NCBI GenBank assembly: GCA_046563655.1
Contig: CM102289.1
Location: forward strand, 2,852,001 to 2,916,000
Source: Yuukianura sp. NJ FZ-2021
Taxonomy: Eukaryota
Direction: 5' to 3'
DNA: 64,000 bases
A program made the position numbers and the translations under genes. Positions 55,670-64,000 of the stretch are shown piece after piece. The notes under the pieces were generated by a model. That model had not been told where the DNA came from and did not search any database. It was given only the letters and a program-made list of their open reading frames with translations. The number at the start of each line of letters is the position of its first letter. Position 1 is the stretch's first letter.

Positions 55670-57068
55670 ATGGAATATTTGTGTAAGATTTCTGCGTCGA
55701 CGCTTGCCTACTTCGTAAAGACCATGAATTTTGTGGCATTTATTCGCTCAAATCGATTCAATGTTAAGTTCGTAACTACTGCACATAGTGTTATTCCCCA
55801 ATTAAACCTTGGTCAAAGGTCACTCAGCAATGTTCTCATTGGAGATGTTTTAAGCCTTGTTGGACTTTTAAGTGCAGTCATGATTTTCTACACTCCATGT
55901 GTAAATGCTTACGCTAAAAAGGACGTGCTTATCATTCTATTTTCAACTTCAAACCTACAACTTGTGTTTCTATTTTTTACTTTTAAATTTTTGTTGATGT
56001 TTAATGACACCAGGATAATAAAGTTCATCAACTACTACCTAAAGCACTGCTTGAAACAAGGTAATAGTAAGCTGGCATAGATTCACTCGAGGTTTTAACT
56101 TTATTATATATATTTCAAAAATATTATATTTTTATATTATATTGCACAAAGATTATGTTATGTTTTGGTTTTAGAACAGCCGTATTCAAACAACAGAAAA
56201 GATGGCTTGGAATTATATTTCAAACTCATATACTGGGAGGTTGTTGGTGCAAGTACTTTTGGACTAGCATACATTCTAACAATTATCTTGACAGACCAAC
56301 CAATAGGAAAAGGTGCAACTGCCGTTGTCAACATGTTCGTGACCTTGGAACACCACAGTTGGAAAATGTACTCCATCAAGGTCATTTGGAGCTTATGGTT
56401 GATCTACAGCTGCGTAAACGGTTTTCTCTGCTTTATATTTTATTCCTTTGCCGTGCTCTTATACATCAATTCAGCCAAAATAGCGGTTACCGCCATTGGG
56501 TATTTCAATATTTATTGGTGTGATCTCATTTTATTTAAATTGTTTTATAACTTATATTATTATATTTTATTCAAATAGTAAAAGATTTGGTGGAAATAGA
56601 CAAGGCACTGCAATGGACGCCACTGAAGCAGCTCGAGTGTACAAAAATGAAGCAATTAACACGAAAATTTTCAATTCCTGTTTCTCAACTGCCTTGGGCA
56701 TAATGCACTTCCAAATCGTTGCTTTAATTATTTACCAAACTTTCTCCATAATCCAGTTTGGTTCAGCCACTGTTTTCCTGGTAATTGTATTTGCCCTGAT
56801 AAATTTTATTTGCGTATTGGCGGAGTGGATCATCCTACGACTTTTAGTTGGCCTAAGGTCATCTTCTGTCAAAACAATTGCAAATTTGCGATTGTACACC
56901 GATTCAAGCTGTGTACAGGACAACATTCATAAATTGACTTGGCGAGCTGTTAGACCTCTTGACATTTGGGTAGGCAGTTTATTTGTAGTGGAAAATCCTG
57001 AATTTGTGCTGGACTTGTTTGGTGATATTGTCATTGGGAGCATCATTAACCTGCTGCTTACTTTCTAA
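55670..57068 (+). CDS. 7TM chemoreceptor-like gene B2, apparently intact, 3 exons
   Basis: Open exons, GT-AG introns, C-terminus IINLLLTF. Confidence 0.75.
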
Positions 57069-57236
57069 AAGTCTTATTAAAAGTTGCATTTTACACTTTT
57101 TTGATAGCTCATGCAGACATAATTCACCAACTTCCGACCATGTAAACTTCATATGTGAAGATTGAAAATGTATCCAGTGGCTCCACATTTATATAGTGTG
57201 CAATAGGCAGACAGACAGACATACAGAAGGACAGAC

Positions 57237-57452
57237 AGACGCATGGGAAACTATAAAGTAGCGAATAATCCCGTCACAATTTTTAGGATCAAACGTAAGT
57301 ATACATTAGATACACTTTGCTCACTAAACTAAAAGCCACTAATTAGACGCATGGGAAACTATAAAGTAGCGAATAATCCCGTCACAATTTTTAGGATCAA
57401 ACGTAAGTATACATTAGATACACTTTGCTCACTAAACTAAAAGCCACTAATT
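57237..57452. repeat. Perfect 108-bp direct tandem duplication after a (GACA)n tract
   Basis: AGACGCATGGGAAAC...GCCACTAATT occurs at 57237 and at 57345. Confidence 0.92.
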
Positions 57453-57648
57453 GTATGACTTATTAAATTGCTAAATACATGACTTGCTTCGAAGATTCAA
57501 TACGTGTAATAGATATTAGAAACATGAAATAAAATATTTCTTTGTCTGCCACAGAATGTGCGTTTACAAGATTACTGTTTTCAAAATAGTTACGGCAACA
57601 CATACACATCCTAAGTTCATGTTAACATTCTGTTGTTTGTAATCTGAT

Positions 57649-58960
57649 CTAGAATGTTAGGAGTAGATCGATGACAATGGCAATGACAGTTTCATGTAGG
57701 AGTACAGCAAAAGAGTTTTCTCGGATATCATAAGCACCACCAAGACTCCATTTCAACGGCGGCGCAGACCGAAGGAACCGCTTCTCCACTTTGAAAAGTC
57801 GTGCATTGTGGGGATACTTTGTTTTGAATTTGGCAGACAAAGTGGTTATATGAGACGCCATTGGCAGGATCGTAGCACAGAGTGCTGATGTTAGAAAGCC
57901 AATTAGGGCAATCAAGCCTATCATTGCAATGCTCAGTGTTGTAGCGAAGCGGAAGATACAAAAAATTGCAGTGGTCATCATTACGCATGCGTTGAGGAGA
58001 GCCAGCGGCAACATAAAAGAAGCGACTTGATTTGCAGCACTGTGAAACACTTGATGTGCTCTGTAGACCAGTCGCAGTTTTGCTCTGGCGTTCTCGGTCA
58101 GGATTTTTCTTTTCATCCTAACATGATATAAACTAGTTTGTAAAATAATAAAATCAAAATTTTGAATTTTTCAGGTCATTTTCTTTACCAGCAGTTTTGA
58201 AAATGAAGCCATCGAGAGATGGAGTTAGTGTCGATGAGCATTTGAGAGCAAAACAACAGTACCAGGAACCAATCGATCGAAGTTACTACCGCAATATGGA
58301 GAGCTCCAAGTTGGCGTCCGGCAGGAATGTACGAAATCACAAGTTTTGGAAACCAAACAACATTCCAATCCTTGCGCATCATTATGTCAAAGGCGACACA
58401 GATTAAGCAGAAGGATACTGCGGGTACGATGAGAAACAAATGCAGAGTCCACTCCAATCCGTCCTTAGATATTTGCTTCTTTCGAAACAGAACTCCTAAT
58501 AATATTTCAAATAATTCAAATTATCAAATAAACAAATTATGACTCTTTAGTACTTTCTCCAAATTTTTTAATTAAAAATGTGATTACCGAGTTTTTCATT
58601 GAAAAGTACTAGGCCGTTAGCATAGCTCAGGATTTCTTCAAATTTTGTCATGAACAGAATATGGACAGCCATGGCCAAAATGCTGGTGGAGATGAAGAGA
58701 ATGAGAAAAATGGCGTCCCGTACTTGGTCACACCAGAGCACGATGTAGGCGCAAAAATAGGTTAGAGCAACGGCGTGATTCATGAATACTCCAACTACTG
58801 CCAGTCGCCAAAATGGAATTTTGTATCCAGGTAAATTTATGGACATGTCATTTGATTTGATGTATCCAATTCCAACGTCGTTTTCATAAGGACTTACAAG
58901 CAGGCAACGCCAAATGTTGTGCGCCATTCGTATGGCTTTGAAACTTTGTTTGGAGATCAT
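57649..58960 (-). CDS. Divergent 7TM chemoreceptor-like protein, 3 exons
   Basis: Three hydrophobic ORFs; C-terminus LRSAPPLKWSLGGAY...VIDLLLTF. Confidence 0.7.
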
Positions 58961-59643
58961 TTTAACTTTTAGCGTAGTTGAGCTAGGCAAATTGGAGAAT
59001 GTTGAGTTTGCACTGCTTTACCGGATAAAAAGTCTCAACTAACCCCAACAAAGCCAAAATCTTCTACTTAAACCTATGAAAATTTTAATACACAAGTGGT
59101 ACTTTAGCAGAAAAACAATATTATGTTTAAGTTTTCAAAAAGCGTTTTTGTAGATTTGGGTAAGATATGAGGAACATGACAAAAGCTTTTCCCTGTTTAT
59201 GGAGGATAAAGGAAGAACACGAAATTTCGAAACTGAAAACATACTTAAGTATTCATAAGAGCTGAAATAAGATTTCTCCGAGTCTCGTAACCTATGATTT
59301 ATGTTTGTACTGCGCATGAACCGATATTTACATATGCTTTATAAACTGATAAAATATCTATGGAAATAAAAAATAGCGTCTAAACAATGAGTCTAAAAAA
59401 TTGAAGTGAAGTCCAATTAACTCAAATTGAAACCCAAAACCACAAGATTTTTTTTTGAATGAACCGCGTTTTTAATTAGTGCTTAAGTAATAGAAATTAA
59501 AAGTTTGCCGCACGCACATAAATGAATGCTAACAGTACATGACCTGATTTGTATTTCCGAATTTCAGTTGTTTACTTTGCTATCTTTATATTTATGTTTT
59601 GTTCTCCAAAGTTTGAATTCACTAAAGTACAAAAATATTGACA

Positions 59644-60940
59644 ATGGTAAACAGTAGTGAAGTTTACGCCGGTAATTTAACAGTTTCAAACTCGTCGCTG
59701 TTTGAACTAAAATTGCATGCTGTTTTGTGTCCCAGAAATCCACTTAACCGTTACGTTTTAGATGGAATTGGAATTTTGCTTATTTCTTTTCCGGGCATTA
59801 TTGCAAACACGATTTCAATGGCTGTGTTGTGTCGTCGTCGTATGAAATCCCAGTTCAACTTTCTGTTGTCAGTTCTTATTTTCTTGAATTCCGTACAATT
59901 GGTCTATTCATTACTCTTGTTCGGCATGAGTCGTGTCCTTGAACAACATTGTGCTGGAATTTTCTACAGATTTTATATTTTACCGCTTTCAACTTTCGCC
60001 ATTTTTGCCATTGGAACTACAGGTGAGTGCAATTTTTACACAAAATGGTCAATCCTCCGAAACCGAAATATTAGTGAGCATTAAAATTTAAAAAATTTTG
60101 CTTTTAACATTTTAATCATCTGCATCTGTAATTATTTTTTTTTTTTTTTAGATTTTTTTAACTTTGTTTTGTTATGAAAATTGCAGCCCACGTCGCTTCC
60201 ATCTACTTGATGTGCTTGGCCAGTTTGGAACGTTATGTCGCAATTTGTTTCCCATTTAAAAGAGCATCTTGGTTCTCATGGCCACGCGCCAAAATGTACT
60301 GTGCAATTTTACTTGTATTTTCTGTTTTGTACAACATTCCGGTTTGGTTTGAACTTACAACGAAAGAGAAATTTGTGAATGATGTTTTTATTGGGTACGT
60401 GAATTCCTACACACCACTTATGCGACACCCTGCGTACAAAACGTACTATGTCAGCTATGGCTCAACAGTAGTCATGCGCATTGTACCATTTACAGTTCTT
60501 GTGGTTGCGAACATACTAACGTATAAAAAGGTAGTAATTTTTGTTATAATTACATAATTTTCTTCAGAAAGTAAAAAAAAGTGATTTATATTTTTTGGAC
60601 TTAGATTCGTGAGATGAACCAAGCAAGAAGGTCAATGACACGAAGCGAATGTCGAGAAATTTCGGTTGCCAGAATTCTGTTTATCATTGTGGCTTTCTTT
60701 TTTGTGTCAAACGTTTTCACTGCCCTTAGTCATATGATTTCCGTATTCTCATCATCTTCATTTCCTTGGATTTCATCCCTATCAAATTTTTGTTCACTAC
60801 TAAATCCTGCTACGGATGCGTTTCTTTATTGTTTTCTAAGTGAAAGATTCCGAAAAGAAATGAAAATTATGTTTACTTGTCACAAAGTTACTAGCGTTCA
60901 TAGAAATTCCACTTATAGAGAATCAGTAACTGCCGTTTAG
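59644..60940 (+). CDS. Class A peptide GPCR (FMRFamide-receptor-like), 3 exons
   Basis: GIIANTIS, ASLERYVAICFP, YNIP, LNPATDAFLY. Confidence 0.85.
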
Positions 60941-61368
60941 GCAACAACTTCTGTGCCCAAATTTTGCAAACCATTTAAAAGAAGTTTTCTTTTTGTTTCA
61001 TGTTCAAATTTTGTTTTCAACACACTAATAAAAGAAATGGTAACAATAAAAAAGAAATTAAACCAAAACTTGTCCAAACAGTTTCGATTTAGTATTCAAC
61101 AAACGATTGGATTAATTTTGCATTAACATTATATGTCTTGGTTTTCGCTTCGTGTTTTTTTTGTACTTACGGCGCAATCTGTTTTCAAAGTTATCTTACA
61201 TTGGTCTCTGCAGGTCAAGCATTTATGACCTTTCACTTGTACATAAATTTATTTCTGCTACCAAACATAAGAAAATATCAAACTTCTGGTCAGAACAGAA
61301 GGAGGTTCAGACAAAATGTGCAAAAAGAGGATTCGCAAAGTAACAAGCGTGCCAGTTAAAATTAAAAA

Positions 61369-62755
61369 ATGACACGACTTGGACTTCTTTTGTTACTGTA
61401 TTCGTCGCTTGGCGTGAGCCAAATTATAGAACCAGGTCAGATTAACTTCTTTTTAAATAGCATTAATTTGAGTATTATATTTTAATCAAATTAATTTTAC
61501 ACAGAGAGTTTAGAGCGTGATTATCCCGAAGAAATTGATTGGAAACGAGGCAACAATATTATGAAAATAAAAAAATCAAGTAAACGAATATTGCCAGCGG
61601 TGACTTTTAAATCATTGGTTCCTTATTCAGCCAATCATGAGGTTCCGCTTGATTTGGCACAAGCGACCATGGGGATGCGGCAAAAGCAAATTTTCAAAGA
61701 TTTCGAAAAATGGTACCCAAGTAGAGAAGAGCCTGGTCGACGGTCGGTTCCGTTCGTTTTGGATTTCGCATACAGTTAGTATTGAATAATTCAAAAAATG
61801 CTAATATTTGTTTTAGTAATTACCACAACTTCTTTTTTGAAAAATTTGTTGAAAATATTAAGCTCTGGAAGAACGTGGGATCATTATTCACGCATTGTCA
61901 GAAATTTCGCAAAAAACTTGCGTGGATTTCATCCATTTTGAATCAGAACGTGACCTTGGAAATTCCGACTTCCTCTACTTTTTGAAACGAACTACAGGTT
62001 GCCAGTCTTGGATTGGAAGACAAGGTGGAAAACAAGTAAGTATTAGGCTTTGGTTTAACCTAACCCACCTAAAATATATTAATACTTCCAGAAACTTTAC
62101 TTAGGTCATTAGACTTTCTGCTCCATGTGTCACTCATCGAATAGTTCTTCACGAGGTGATGCACTCTTTTGGATTTTTTCATCAGCACGCAACTCCGAAT
62201 CGAGACGATCACATAGCCATTGTGTACGATAATATCGAGCCAGGTAATAAAAAAGACGGAACAAATACTTTATAATATTTATAGTCTTATGTATTATGTA
62301 TTACAGTGTGCTTATTTCCGCAAAAAGTAAAGTAACTCATCAGTTCTTAAGAAATTTAAAAAAAAAATATAATCATAGCATAAATAATAAATTTTATAAA
62401 ATTTAAATCTTATGTACAGCAACAGCTCAAGGCAATTTTGAGAAAGTTCCTGACGACATGGACACTTCGTACGGTGCTCCTTATGACTTCAGCAGTGTTC
62501 TACATTACAGAAAAACAGAATTTGCAAAACAAGGAACAGTGGCGTTTTATCCTAAGGTAAAGTTGAAATTTCGATGGGAACATGGTAGTAATGTCGTACA
62601 TAAAATTTATTACATTTTTTTGTTTCGTATTTTTTTTTTGCTTTTAAAACCAGAGTGAAATCAAAGTTGTAATTGGTGAGCGTCCAACCTTGAGTTTTTG
62701 GGATATTTACAAAATTCGTCGACTTTTTGGATGCAACTTTGTTCGACAACTTTGA
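61369..62755 (+). CDS. Astacin-family metalloprotease (M12A), secreted, multi-exon
   Basis: Signal peptide; KTCVDF; GCQSWIGRQGG; HEVMHSFGFFHQH; YDFSSVLHY. Confidence 0.87.
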
Positions 62756-62982
62756 CTACCCTTTAATGTGTATATTAAATATGGCGGTTACTGATTAGCC
62801 ATAGTAGTATTCAGATAATAAGGCTGGTACAGTGCTAGCAAATAAGTCTATGACTTACTTCAACAGTTTACATTGATAGAAAAAGTGAAAATAGAAAGTA
62901 CTTTAGTTTTAATTTTTTTTGAAATTATTTGATTAATAAGATAAAGATTTTTGTTTTGTATAGTAGCCCACTCCGTCCATTT

Positions 62983-64000
62983 CTACTTCTTCACACACTG
63001 TTTCTTATGTGCTTTCCAATGTGCTTTTTGACACATTTTGTCACAGTACTCAGTTTTCTTGCACAGAGCACAACTGAGTAACGTAACAGTTTTGAAATTA
63101 TACCGCAATCCAACGCTGGTTAGGGAAACAACTGGATGAGAACCTTCAATCCAACCGCAGTAGCCACAAAACCGTCTGTCCTTGTACGTCACAAGATTTT
63201 CAGTGAGGCGTGTAATAAATTTAGTAGGTCCTTCGCCTACAAATTGTGGAAAGCATAAAAGAAAGAATTAAACTTTTAAAAAATTCAAGGTTGAGGAATC
63301 TGTGTTTAGTAACTAATTTGAAGAACAAGTTTTTACCCATATAATACATCTCATCAATGTCCGTGTGAAGAACAAATGTCTTGGCTGGCATCCCATGAAA
63401 AGGTATCTGCCTTGTTGAACCAGGATACTGTGCCTTAGTAATTCGTTGAATAATTTTGCCAGGAAATCCTTTTTCGTATTCTTCCCAAGTACCGTGAGCA
63501 ATAAGTGAACCATGGGGTCCTCTGTAGTTGAACTGAACTGACGTCGGATCCACAATATACGTTCCACCGCTTGGCAATTTGGCTTCGATAACGTAGTGTG
63601 TTTTTGTCATGCCTTCCGGGAGGAGTCGACGGTGAAACAAGGCAAGAAATGGCTGAGATTTAAAAAATTCCTCGTCCATTTTCACATATGGTATAACCAT
63701 GTGCACTCCGTTTTCGGGTGTAGTAACCATTCCACCCGTTTGAATGAACCGTCGACTTTGGCCTAGGTATAAGTGCTTCGGAAGTACTTCCAGAGTAGTT
63801 GCCTTCACGTCGTTGAAATCGACCTATGGTAACAAAATGCAAATCAATAACCAACGACGAATAAAAGCTAAGAAAACTAAGACAAAATACCTCAACACCG
63901 TTTGGAAGTAACCATTTCTTGCAGTTCATTTTTTTAGCGGAATCCAATATGCCAGGAACCAAAACTTGAGCTCGATTACGGGTTTTGAGAACCCAGTACC
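62983..64000 (-). CDS. MYND zinc-finger protein (5' end outside the window)
   Basis: CGYC...CALCKKTEYCDKMCQKAHWKAHKKQC; upstream exons join in frame through GT-AG introns. Confidence 0.82.

Overview
This is AT-rich, intron-containing animal DNA, not prokaryotic. Short GT-AG introns, TTAGG-like motifs, GR-type chemoreceptors and bacterial-type serine hydrolases suggest an arthropod, plausibly a springtail (inference). It is a gene-dense region of tandem duplicates. Enzymes and housekeeping-type genes: two secreted beta-lactamase-family genes, an EF-hand protein, an alpha-arrestin, a GT17 glycosyltransferase, two SDRs, archaemetzincin, a CYP450, an F-box protein, a SAM methyltransferase, a carboxylesterase, an astacin and a MYND protein. 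Receptors: a GR pseudogene, six divergent 7TM chemoreceptor-like genes and a peptide GPCR. Non-autonomous transposons are frequent, and several have clear TSDs (hAT, Mutator-like, Harbinger, CMC-like, tRNA-SINE); a Helentron-like element is also present. The most notable part is 27-38 kb. It holds three spliced genes fusing a coiled coil, a BED zinc finger and a Mutator-type FLYWCH/helical DNA-binding module with no catalytic DDE domain. Two of them lie tail-to-tail with a small secreted beta/gamma-crystallin-fold gene; the intact copy is missing from the ORF track. All calls come from reading motifs by eye; no database searches were run.
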